NCBI GenBank assembly: GCA_032718475.1
Contig: JAUCBJ010002735.1
Span: 24,584 to 88,583, forward strand
Length of the DNA stretch: 64,000 nt
Direction: 5' to 3'
From: Nemertoderma westbladi
Taxonomy: Eukaryota > Animalia > Xenacoelomorpha
The stretch's first letter is position 1. Each line of letters begins with the position of its first letter. Shown here piece after piece: positions 28,805 through 41,600 of this stretch. A program made the translations under genes and the position numbers. The notes beneath the pieces were generated by a model, which saw only the letters and a list, made by a program, of their open reading frames with translations, did no database searches and was not told where the DNA came from.

Positions 28805-29258
28805 TACTACTACTACTACTAGGTCGAGCGAACTCGGACAGTGGAAACGGTTGTCCACGGCTACGCTTTCCTTGTGTTGTTTGCCAGAGAAGTAGATCTG
28901 GTATGACCTCTTCTTTACTTCTCCATCAGTGCCCACTGGATCTTAGTCTGCGTTCACGGAGGGTGGTTGATACAGGTGGTATTGTACCATAAAGCTCGGC
29001 ATTTGCCATGTATTGTCTCCAGCTGATGTTTAGGACTGCCCTTAGTAGTCTTGTGTAGCAACCATCAATTCGTTGCCCAAGTGATTTCGTCAGTGTCCAG
29101 GTCTCACCCCCGTATAAAAATACACTTTCCACTGTGGCTCGAAATAACTTAATCTTCAGGTGCCTGGAGAGATCTGATTTCCAGATGGTATCTATTTTTG
29201 ATGGGGCTGCCTAAGCCTTTGCTTTCCTAACTTCTATGTCTTTTTTGCTACTCTCTAT
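28805..29258 (-). mobile_element. Decayed 5'-truncated RTE-clade LINE fragment (RT C-terminal region plus 3' tail)
   Basis: Translates to ...DIEVRKAKA*AAPSKIDTIWKSDLSRHLKIKLFRATVESVFLYGGETWTLTKSLGQRIDGCYTRLLRAVLNISW...RERRLRSSGH*, homologous to the C-terminus of the intact RTE at 48-51 kb. It has in-frame stops and a (TAG)n tail, seen as (TAC)n at 28805-28820. Confidence 0.9.
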
Positions 29259-29602
29259 ACATTATTACCATACATCATTAACTTAATTTATTTTCGCATA
29301 ATAAAAATGCGGATTACCTGTGTATCATGCATGTATCTTTATCGTGATAACAGTATAGCAAAATAAAACCATCGCAACAAATAATATAGAGATTAATGGA
29401 TGATACATTATTATTTTTCTATTTATTTCGAATAATATTTATTTATACCTCATGTAGCTTCAGTGTTTTCTTCTAAATTTAAATAATATACAAAATTATA
29501 AATAGTTAAAATTGATTTGTATTTTATTTATATATTAATTAGAAATATTTTACTTTGCAATAAATTTTTGACAAAAATTAATTTTGTATTTATTTTATTC
29601 AG

Positions 29603-32600
29603 AGCAACTGCGGGTCTTGCTATGGAAATTCAAAGACCAAAGTCTCGGGTGAACTTTCGATCGTGTTGCATCGAGGGAGCTCATATGAACAGCTACATAG
29701 AGTGGGAGAGCACAGAGATGCTCACATTGCGTGAGCGAACAAATGATTACACCAAACTCACTGAGGAAGTCCTCCAATCCGCCGCCAAATCCCAACCCCA
29801 CGTCGCCTCATCTTGGCTTTACGTCCAAGAGGATCTTTGTGATGAGAATTACAAATTCGCAGAAGATTTTTGTATTTCTAGCTGTTGGAAAGAACAAGTA
29901 TCCGTGTTCTACAGTCGTGAACTCTCTACCAATATTCAAACAAACTTGGCATCTTCTTACTGTGCTGCTGAATTGTATGATATAGAGTGGCAGAAAGGGG
30001 CTGATCTGCGCCACCCAGATAAAATGTCTGTAGAGGTTTCCGAAGAGTACAGATGGTTGAATCGGGGAGTGAATGAACACGCGGACCACCTCTGGTGCCA
30101 TTCATTGCAACAGTTGCAGAGCTATATGTATGAAACAATGACGCAACATGTCGAGCATGGTCGAGTACTTGATTATGCAGATACAAGTATGATTGGAACC
30201 CAGATTGAACACGGCCAATTTATTTACAAACCTATATTCCATGGATTCTCACTGCTAACTGATACTATTTGGCAACAAGTTGTTGACTTACGGGCAATAA
30301 AACGCAATGAGGAGAAAGGAATGATAGTTGAGCAAGTTAGCAACGTCCGTTGCAGTTATGTTACCAGCTGGGGGGAGAGACGCAATGTAGCAAAACAAAA
30401 TATTGGCAGGGACATTTGGGATGTGATAACTAACCGTGGACATGTCAGCCATGGTCTCGAAACAGCTACATGTTCCACTTCTAATGAAATGCAAGGGAGA
30501 GTGTGCAAATATGATTGTCTTGTTCAAGGTATTCACTCGAATCAAATTACTAGTTGGTTTGTTACTGGCCGGATCACACCAACTCAAGTTACAAGTGCTG
30601 GATCAACATTATATTGGCAAACTGGTCGTCATGGTGTCCATTGCCTTGCTGGTGCTGTGTGGGCAAATGCACAGGAATTTTTGTTGGATTATGAGTGGCA
30701 GAATGTAGATGAATATCACACCCAGAAGGCCTATATTGATTTTGCATCATTGGCCACTGAATATGGGATCTGGCACAGACCTCATGTTGCTAGTCGCTAT
30801 TGCCAGGAGGGTCATGCGATATGTATAATTATGAAATGGGACCACTCAACAGATTTCATTGCTAGTACCGCATCGTTTGAAGCAACAAATGTTTTGACAA
30901 CAGGAGAACGAGTATGTTTCTATCCGTGCTTGTCTTATTACTCGACATGGGCGGCTTCAGCTATAAACACACCCGAACTTGATTGGGATATCGTCAATCC
31001 TGTCCAGTATTTTACTCCTTGTAAATATAATGTCAATGTTGCTGTAGATGAATTCATTTATGGGAGAGTCAAGGAAACAAGTGGTCGATTAACAAATGGT
31101 CAAGGAATTCTAGAACGCATAAGTTGGTCTTCTACAAGGGAATTCGCCTTCACATACACATCGATAAACGTTGGTTACACTATTGAGGATTTGCAGCTGG
31201 AAAGAGACCTGTCTGGCAAAGGTTTTTCAGTTTATGGATTATCTGATACCCTTGACTCCAGCTTTACTCAATGCGATATGTATTGCAGTGAGCAATATAT
31301 GTTTGAATGGGCTCTTTTGAATATTCAAAGTCTTTCGTTGCAACAAAATATTCGCATTTGTTGGGGAAAATATCAGGGTGAGGCTATTTACAATGACATA
31401 TTGTGGGAAAGAGCTCATATGTTCATTGCGACAAAAACGGGCTCCGAGACGGCAAATTCATTTGGTGATGTTCTACAGAAGGCGAGATGCACGGAAGATA
31501 ATATTTCTTTGTCACTAATTTCGGGTATGGATGATTACAGTGAATTATTTCATCAATGTGATACTTTTTACAATTACGTTGTTGTTAAGCAATCTGCAGA
31601 TGTATTGTTTGAGCAACAGCAGGTTGGCCGCACAGCAGTGGTTTCCAGGGATGTCAATTTAGGGAATTCGTTGCAAGATGAAAACCATTGGGAATATGTA
31701 TGTAGTATGATCAGAAAACCAGCCAGGGAAGATGCTGCTCATTTGAAGTTTGAGTTTGTAGGATTGTTTGATCATTTTGTTCCTCAGAGGACATTGATTT
31801 GGGGGAATTCTCAGCATGGTTCATGTGAGGATTATGATCAGCTATCAACTGTAATCGATCAAGTATTTGTTATGGAACATGCGGAGAGTAAAACCTTAGA
31901 AATTACTTCCAATCAATATTCCTTCTTTTATTATCGAGAATTTGCTTCATATGAAGAAAACGAAGCTGATAATTTGGAGTCATTAGAGTGTACAGAGTTG
32001 CAAAGAAATCAAGAGGAAGCTTTATTATCTTATGAACTTCAATTTCAATATTATGTCGCGAATATTTACACAGCTAATACAAAATCCAACTATAGAGATA
32101 ATATTACATCTGAAAGTTTTGATGTATCTATTTTATTTAGATTGCAGAAACTAAACTTGGAAACATCCCAGATAAGTACTATTTATAGTTTATTTGACGA
32201 ATCATCAATTATCTCATTTAAGACCCATGGGATAGCTTTGGAATATGGGGAACACTGGGATCATGCATATGACATTTGTGGTTATACCACAGAACATGCT
32301 TGGGATGTCACATCATGGCATCAAGAGAGTGAATATTCTCGAACAATAATTAGCAGAGAATTGAATCATTCCACACTGGGTGTATTTGATTGCATCATGG
32401 GTCACATAGAACAATTAATTAAAAAACCTGTTATATTAGAAAGTGCAACATCACAATTTGAATACCATTATTTATTTGAACAAGCAAACACGTATTCATA
32501 TTCCATTTATGGAAATGCTAGTTACATTGAGGTAGAATGGTATTCTTGCAGTTCTACCCATAATGATTCGAAACATCTGGAAATTGCTGGAATTAATATG

Positions 32601-35600
32601 GAAGGAACTCTCCAAAAATCAACCGGGGAAATTCGTGACAAAGTTAGATTACTATATGGAGATTTTGGCAGTGAAATTATCCAGTGTGATTGGGTTGATG
32701 TTCTATTCAATGCTAAACGTGAGACAGAAATAATTGATTCGTGGGAAGTCAGTCATCATTACAGTTCTCAAGTGATGAAGAGTACACTATTTGGATTTCC
32801 AGATTACAGTGGTTACGAGTTTGACCAAGCTGAAGATATAGAGATCCACTACTCCATTATGACACTCGATTATACAGAGATAGAGAGGTTCCATGGAATA
32901 GAAGGCATCATAACTCTCCGTGTGTATGGTACATCTTCATGTGATCAATTGGAAACAGTATGGGAGTATTCGCATATTAGATTCGGCTTTGAGAAACCTA
33001 AGGAATACTCTGCAGTTGCATCAGCCTTGTATTTTTCACGTCATAATGTTAAACATACTCAAGATATTTTAATGTGCCAAGCTACCCAACATACATGTCA
33101 ACAATGGCAAACATGTTACGAATTTTTCAAGCATCACTTACATTTAGCTACAATCTGTCTGACAGAAGAGACTACAGGATTGTCTAGGGGTTTCAATAAA
33201 TATCAAGACTTAGTCCTCCAATCTGGTGCAAAAGCCATTGTTGAGTTGGATACAGAAATTGCCTTTCAAAGCTTTCACTTCAACCCAGAGCGAGATGTTG
33301 CTTCTCTCGAGATCATAAAAGAGGCAAAAGAATTTGCTGCAAGTAAGAAACAAGTTATTCTCAATGGGTCTTCTGTAGATGCAATGCAGTATTGGGGATT
33401 TGTTGATGATTTTGATGGTGTGCCGCGAAAATCACTCGAATGGAGTCTAGAAAGTTCTGAATATATTCACGAATACATCGTCAGTGCGAATACTATGTGG
33501 GGAGGAGCGAATGAGGAACATTCACCAAAGTTTTTGAATTTAGAAGAAGTCAGCAAAGATACTCATAACAATGTGGAGTATGCGACATCAATAATGTTTG
33601 AAATGGGATTGGCAGAATGTGGTAAAGAAACCACATTGAATAATTATGCTCGTGCACAAGAAATCCCATGGGAAATATGCGATAACTTTATTTCAGACTT
33701 GCAAATTCCTGAAAAATTATCATCAACTGAAAATATAATGACAATATTTTCTATATGTGGGAAATCAACCGTGCATATAATCGCCTATGGTGATATAGAT
33801 AGTTCATTCGAAGTCTGGGATACTTGTTTTGATTTTTATAAAGAAGCTTACAACGTTGACAATGCTATTGAATGTAAAATTAAATTAGATTTACATACAA
33901 GTTATTTAGAACTTAACTTACAGTTTAATTCCAGTTATGAGAGCATTATTCAGTGGGATCAAGTCTCATTCGTAGATGAAGGGTTCCATGTCGAAAGTGC
34001 AGAATGCTATTCCTATAACCATTATTTACATCCACCACTTTATGGAGAAGAATATAAAATGTTTTGTCATCCAGTCATAGATTCCATTTCCACCCCATTG
34101 GAAAATGGTCATTTATATGAAAAGCGTAAAATTACCCATGAATTTGCGGAATTTAAGATTGATGTCCCGGCACGTGATATCCAAGAAACAGGTGGAGCAC
34201 TGACAATTATCGCATGTAGTGATGAAACAATGATACCGTGGTCTAATTTAGTTCCATTTTCATCACAAGAATGTCAGTTTGAGGTTCTTTCAATTGCAGA
34301 ACACTTCGTCCATTTGGAATTTGGTAAATTGTCAGGGTATAGTTATCACCAATGTCTTGCTGAAACCCCTTCATGCATTGTTTTCTTTGAATCTGCTGAT
34401 AATTTCGAAGAAAAACATGCAGAGAAAGTTTCCTGTAATCTCCGTACAAATATTACAAATTGGTTTTTCGGAAATTCATCGTTTGTAAAAGCTTGGGGGA
34501 TGTGTTCACTTTCAGGATCCACATGGCACTTCACCTCTTCACTTGTTATTGATTTTACTTGTGAAAATGCCTTGTTGATAGAAGGAGGTTGCTTCCAAAC
34601 CCGTGCAACTCAATCAAAAGATTATGAATGGTGCATGGGAGATGCTGTATATCATGAATGGGATTTTGAATTTCCTATTCATCTCGATACTGGAAAACTC
34701 AATTGCGAATACATTTCATCAGCTATGGAACATGTAGGATATACAATGCGTGATAATGTGGATGGTACTGTATTCAATGGAAATCCCATTACATTAGTAA
34801 TGGAATGGAATGTTGCTGAAGATGTTTACTATGCATCATATCCTATAGAATATGCCTACATGATGGACAATATCATTGGAAGATTAACAGCATCCCTTTC
34901 ACATAGACCTTTTGTAATGTCTTGCGAAATGATAAACACAAGTGGATTTTGGTTAAATGCAATGGATTATAGAGCTGCTCAACAAATTTCTATAACTGCG
35001 AGTGTGAAAACTGAAAGTTGTCCATATTTCCAAGCTGGAGTCACTCGTGATTCACAATGTGGTCTAGAAATTGTTAATGACATTACCTGGGAAAACGTTG
35101 AAGACGTTGATGTTTATCAAGTAGAGAGTACTGTGAGCATTAGCAGGGTCATTGACTATGTTCACCATGATTTTAGATGCAACTTAGTTTGGGGTAAAGG
35201 AATTATTAGTGATGATGCGGATCAATGGCAAAGTGTTACACAATTCATCCATAGTGAAGCAGACTACGAAGAGGCTGATGTAGATGTGGAGTGGTCCATT
35301 AAGCATAAATATTTCGGTACCTCAACTTATGTAAAGCAATGTTATGAAGAAATAAATTACCAAGATTGGTTTTGGGTCCATTCATTTATGAAAAATCAAT
35401 ACCAAAGTGATAGTGCGTATGAAATGACACAGGAATATTTAAACACATTTACCGCAAAGTCTACAGGCATAAGTTCCTGGGCTTCGTCATTTCCTGATAA
35501 TATTGGAAGCGATTGGACTTATATTGATGGCATATTTTACACAGGATATACTACTGACTACTTAGTACCAACCGAGAGTATATATATATTTAACAGGGAA

Positions 35601-38600
35601 TATGTTGAGAGTAACTTTGGTCTTAAATTATGTTGTGCCAAAGTTGAACATTCAACTTGCTCATCGCTTGGTGACCTTAATATTGACAATTTGAATGAAT
35701 CAGCTTGTTGGAAAGTCGAACATGAACAATTGGAGACTTATTATGATAAGAATTGGCAAAATGTGTATGGAAATATTTCGAAATCAGAATTGAATTGGGA
35801 TAACTGCTATCATGCACAATATTCCACTCCGTCGATCCATAATGCATTATTTGTGATTCATGAAAAAGAAAATCTTCAAAGTTATCTATATGATCAAACA
35901 TTGGAATGTGGATCATCTCAAGTTACAGAGCTTTGGTTTGATACAACCGAATTATTTTCTATTCCTGTTAAAGGGTCTGAATCGGCATCTGAAGGACTAC
36001 ATGTTCACTTATTTGCTAACAAATACAGCAGTCTTAAATCCAATACCTGGGGCATTCATGACTCATCTACAACTGAAGTATGGGATTACACATCAAATAT
36101 AAGTAAGCATACTCAGAATACTGAGATAGCTAATTCAAACTTTGAATCTACATTTATTCGAAAGGGTGACACATATTTTCAAATAGTTAATGGTAATATT
36201 ATAATTAGTGCAATAGATTGGGAGTCAACAGTTGATCTAGTTTCAGAGCTCCATTATTGTCAACAAGATTTCGAATATGAAGGATTTACAGGTCTCTATG
36301 AAAATGGAATTTGCAAATCGATGGTTCAGGGTTTTGCGATGAACAGTGACTTTGATTACAGGTATGAAACACTCTCATTTTTATCAACAGAGTCATTTCA
36401 AAAATCAAAGACTAGTTGTAAAGTAGATTATGGTTTAGATAAACATTTAGAAACATTGAACACACAGGTTTATGGAGCATCCTTTTCATCTGAAATTGAA
36501 TGGGATTCAGCTTCTGAGTATACAAATGATTCACACATCATCAACAAATTAGGATCATCACTTGCAGAAATGTGGCTTCCTTTGAATGTCAATATTTCTC
36601 TGCCAGTTTGCTGGGGGGCTGCCCAGATGATAACTCATGGTCATCTTGAAACTGTTCAACAAGTGGTGTCTCGCGAGTTTGCAACTGATAGTGGTTTTCT
36701 ATATGACATTGATGTTAAACTTGAAAATTCAAATGAAACCATTACGGCACACAATATTTGTCTCGCTTCATTACAACGATATGATTGGATGTATGCAAAA
36801 GATGTTTCTTTTGGATTTGAGGGTGGAATAGGATATGCCAGTTTAAAATATTCAACATTTTCATCTGATGTACATGCCTATCGTGAAGAACTGTATTGCA
36901 GCCCAGAAGAAACTACAGATATTTGTGACTTTGATTTTGTTTATTATGTTGACTTTAAATTGGGACATATTGTTCAAGCTCATTGTAGTATCGATATGGG
37001 TTCTTGCGTATATCATTACTCCGTAAAACAATACCCGGTGTATGGAAATTGCACAGTTGGCGTAGAGGACTACATAACGGCATTGCCGCTTGAAGAATTG
37101 GATATCTGTGAAGAGTACTTAGATCATTCAGAGGCAGGGCGTGAACATTTTGTATATGTAGGATGGTCACAATTTGTTACGCTTGGTGATGGGAAGTGTG
37201 AAATATACCATCAAGGTATTGTTAACATTGAAGAGTTTCGAAATATAAAGTACAATTTAGAAAATGCCATACCAGTTATAACAGGTGTAGTTACAACTAG
37301 TACCGAACAAACCGTTGTGAGCTTGCTATGTTTTGGTAATGTAAATGAAATCATATTTTATACAGTAAACAAGTGGACAGCAAAGGTTCCAATGGACTCT
37401 GTATCCGTAACAGAAGACAATTTTTCATTAAGTACGGGCCATCAGTCATCAACACAGGTTTCTGTCAATATGGAAATACCAGGACATATTTATACCTATG
37501 AAGTAGCTGACGAAATTCATAAATTCATACAAGGAACGATTAATACTTCGATTTCGGTGCAACCATCTACATTGATTAGAAATATCGATGTGGCAAAGGC
37601 ATCGGTTTTGGGTTGCATGATAGTGGATGAAATTCAATGGATAAATACCTGTGATATGTTTGGGGGATTTTGGTTTTCAGAAGTGAAATGGGATATTTTT
37701 GATGAAGTAAATCTAATACAAAATCCTGTTATCTATAAGGAATCTACAATGGGTTTGGAGCATGTGGAATATTTCTTTCCAATTTGGGAAGAAAGTGGAG
37801 TCCATTCCGCACCAGATTTTGAATGTAGCACTGAAGAAGTACATGATACATATTTGTACCATGGAAGAATGGAGCCATCATCATATGATTTGTGCTTCAG
37901 TAGAGTTCAAAGTACAGATTGGTTTGAAGCAAAACACTTGTATATTGACAACAGTTTATACACTGTTCTTGAAGTGGAAATTAACAATTTCGAGGCAAGA
38001 TATACCTCTTTGAAACAATATGTAAATGGATATGCCATTATGGAAGCCATGACAATTTACTATAATGATTATGAACACTTAAAGGTGGACTCTTATGATG
38101 TTGAAAATGCTTTTCTAAATATAGAAGGAACTACAGCAAACAATTATTGTGTCGAAACTGAAGGTAAAATATATGCCAATGGGATGGTTTTAGGAACCAA
38201 TTGGGAAACATTACAAGATGTGTATTATAGTTTGGATAGGGACATTGTATCTTCATATTCTCAAGATGGTTTTACTTACAACATAGCTAATGTGTCATGG
38301 GGTATGAAAATGTTGAGTGTTTGTATAAAAGAAGCTGTTCTTGATGGGTCAGAAGTAACTAAAGAATTTTCTGAATCGCTTAATGATGCCGCTAAGGCGA
38401 CAATGACTATTGAAACATTTATCAGAAACACAGGTTACATCTCAGATGTCACCATATATGGTTTAGGAAGCGAAGTCAGAACATCTTGGGAAACATTAAA
38501 TGAGTATACACCGCTTGTATCCAGTCAAATTGGTAATTATGTAATTGAGTCAAATAAACATTACGCCGATTCGCAATGTGATGTTCTTTATGGCCAGTGT

Positions 38601-41600
38601 ATTGTCATGGATATTACAGATATTTGGGAAAGTATTTATGATAGAAGGGTTGAATCTAGGTTTGTTGAGAATACTAGTACCGCGTATCAAACATTACCTG
38701 ACTTCGTAATGGCTCGGACTTCTTTGAATAGGATTTATGGATCTGGTTTCGTGATTGAGATCTCCTGGGAACTGCCTGGGTATTTTGATACTAAAACACA
38801 CGACACAATGCAAGCCAATATAACCTACTTATCAGCACCAAACGATGTTTTAAGTTGTGCAAGGAAGGATTTGATATGTGGCTGTGAGTTTCTTGTTTCG
38901 GGTGAACAATGGCAAAATGTTTCAACTTTGGATGACAAACTAAATTCTATGGAAAATGCTGGCTGGTCCATTGAATATATGGAAAAGAGAAATTGCACTA
39001 TTGACCAATACTTTCAATCATGCCACTCCATAGATCACATTATTGACTGGAGCTACATTAATGAATGGCGTACTAAGCTAGATTATGAAGAATTTGAATT
39101 AGAATACGTTACAGAAATTATTGATCTTAATTTTGCTGCAGTTTTTACACCTCGGATTAATAATCTTATGGAAGTTAGTGATTTTGGATTTTGGGAAGGA
39201 ACTATTTCATATTCAACAAAATATGACACTCGAGAGCAAGCCAATATTATACTTGAATCATTTTATAAATTTGATTATGCAGTACCATCTGTAGTGGATA
39301 AATTCGGTTCAGCTCTGGTGGTTGTAAATAATTGGGACAGTTTAAGTGACCTAAATATTCGCATCTGCACTGAAACTACATCTTATTCAACCGCAGTTCT
39401 CCAATATATTGTGGGCTATGCTTCTGGGCCATATAATTCCTTCTATGCTGCTGAAAGTTTGAATATTGAAATTCAATGGCAAACAGTCAACGATATTTAC
39501 TTCTGTCCTGAATCTCACTCCACTGCCATATTGATCGCTACATTGAACCACACCAACAATTCTTCATCCAGAGGTACTAAAGTAAACTACAGCATTAAAT
39601 TGGAAAATATCGCTTGGAAGGAAGTGTCAAACTTGGACTCATTAATTTACTTTAATAATGCTGAATTCGGCTTATCTATTGGTCTTCATGATGAAATTCA
39701 ACCTTCTACTGTGTCCACATTTGGATCTGGAGTAGAAATTATTGATGTTAGTGATATCTGTGTTACAAGCGAACTGGATTGCTCATATTTTTATGATAAC
39801 GTAGATATAATTACTGAACGCCCGGGGTGCAACTATGGAATGGACACTAACATCTGGGTATATCAAGGAATCGGGTGTGAGCGAAAGTTGGACTGGTTGT
39901 CATTGAACAGTTTTTCAAGTGACAAGTTTGATGAAGCTGATGTTACTACAGAAACAGATTTTAAATGGAGATATTGTCGAAGCAAATATAATTTGGTACT
40001 CAACTGCGCTGAGGTGAGCAGTTTTATGGAGGAATCTGAACTAGCAAATTACAAGGATGTGCAGCATCTAGAGTATTACTATTCTGGAATTAAAGAAGAA
40101 AAAAGTGGATTTTCAATTGCTGGTCATGAAATAAGTACTTTGCCATTTTCATCAAGCATTGAGGAGAGTATATCATGGAATGTTTGTACTCCTTTTGTTG
40201 ATATACAATTTGATTCATCGTCTTTTATTGACTACATTAATAAATTATTAAATAATGAAACATACAGAGCATATATTCAAGGAGTTGGTGAACTCAATGA
40301 AATGGGAGCTTGGTTTGAGTGTGAAAGTGCTTCATTCTCATGGGATTTAAGTGAATACGTAAGAGTAGCTATTGAAAATAATTTACAATGGTCGCCTTAT
40401 GAAACCTATTGTACTAAAGTGTTTTCGTTTGCAAATAAACATGAAGAAATTGGTGAAACACTTGCATTGTTTACTTCAGAACAATTAACGGATAATGCAA
40501 CAATAACAACTGGGAATTATTTTAGTGAATTGGATTACAAGGAACAAATTAATAATGTTTACTCGAGTTCGGTTTGTTCTGAATTGCGAGAGGCTTTTGA
40601 AATGTGTGAAGATAGAAGTTTTGAGAAACAAGTTGCATCGATGGTAAGTGTTAAATGTAGCTGGTATCAATTCTACATTGCTGAAGTGGCTTCTATTGTT
40701 GTTAGTAACGAACCTCGCATCATGGAGCAAGAATGGTATATTCTTTATGAGTTTTCTACCAATTACGATGTGGCTCTCACACATGACTCTACAGACAGGT
40801 TATCAATAGGATATGACTCAGATAAAGATTATTGTCTTGGGCAAGGATTAGATAGCATCCCAGAGGAGTGGTTTATGTGTGACGAAATTGTGTCAGATAC
40901 TTATGTTTTTGATCAAGTTAGAATTTCTATACATATTAAAGAGATATTGGATTATGCAGAAAAATTAAATCAACAAATTAATGGTGTTTCTGCATTGAAT
41001 GCAGTAGATCATGAAAAGGTATTACCTTATCAAAGTATGGTACAGTTTTGTAACACAAACATAATTATTGAACAAATTCCTATTTTGGGAGTATGCGAGA
41101 AATTTTACATTTCATCGTACAGTTTTCCATCTCAGGTTTTTGTCGATGATATAGAAGACAAAGATAATCCAGTTACAGCTGAAGATGCAATCGAAGATCA
41201 TGCTGTAATTGTGGATTATAACATTGTTTATGATTTTGCCACCTTTGTATTAAACAAATCATTTAATTTACCCTCGGATGATGACATTGTATGGGATCTA
41301 CTAACGGAATGTCAATACGATTCTTTTCAACTGTTGGCCATGATTGATTGTCCCTTGACTACAACATCAACTTATACAGCTCAGCAATGTAATGTGTTTG
41401 GAAAAGCTATTGAATTGCAGGGAAATGAAAGTATAGAAGGTGAAATCGAAGATTATGAATGGAATGGTTTCTACTTTGCCTCTGTAATTGCTGAAAGCCT
41501 ATTTGAATCGGAATTCATGTCTCGATATTCATCTGTTGTAAATGGCATTGGCCTCGAGTGTTCATTAACTTTTGAAAAGGTAACTCAAGTAGATGATTCG

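Larger units (their letters stand above)
27498..29602 (+). other. Phase-2 GT-AG intron (2,105 nt) joining the two giant exons
   Basis: Donor AG|GTAAGA and acceptor ttttgtatttattttattcag|A. AG(27496-7)+A(29603) gives AGA (Arg), then GCA ACT GCG continues the 29517..44489 frame exactly. The intron is AT-rich and carries TE fragments. Confidence 0.9.

Noticed and set aside
29517-29602. Hydrophobic N-terminus MYFIYILIRNILL... as a signal peptide of a separate 4,990-aa gene
   Set aside because: It is the translation of the intron's T-rich acceptor region with a TTG 'start'; the exon begins at 29603 in frame with the upstream exon.
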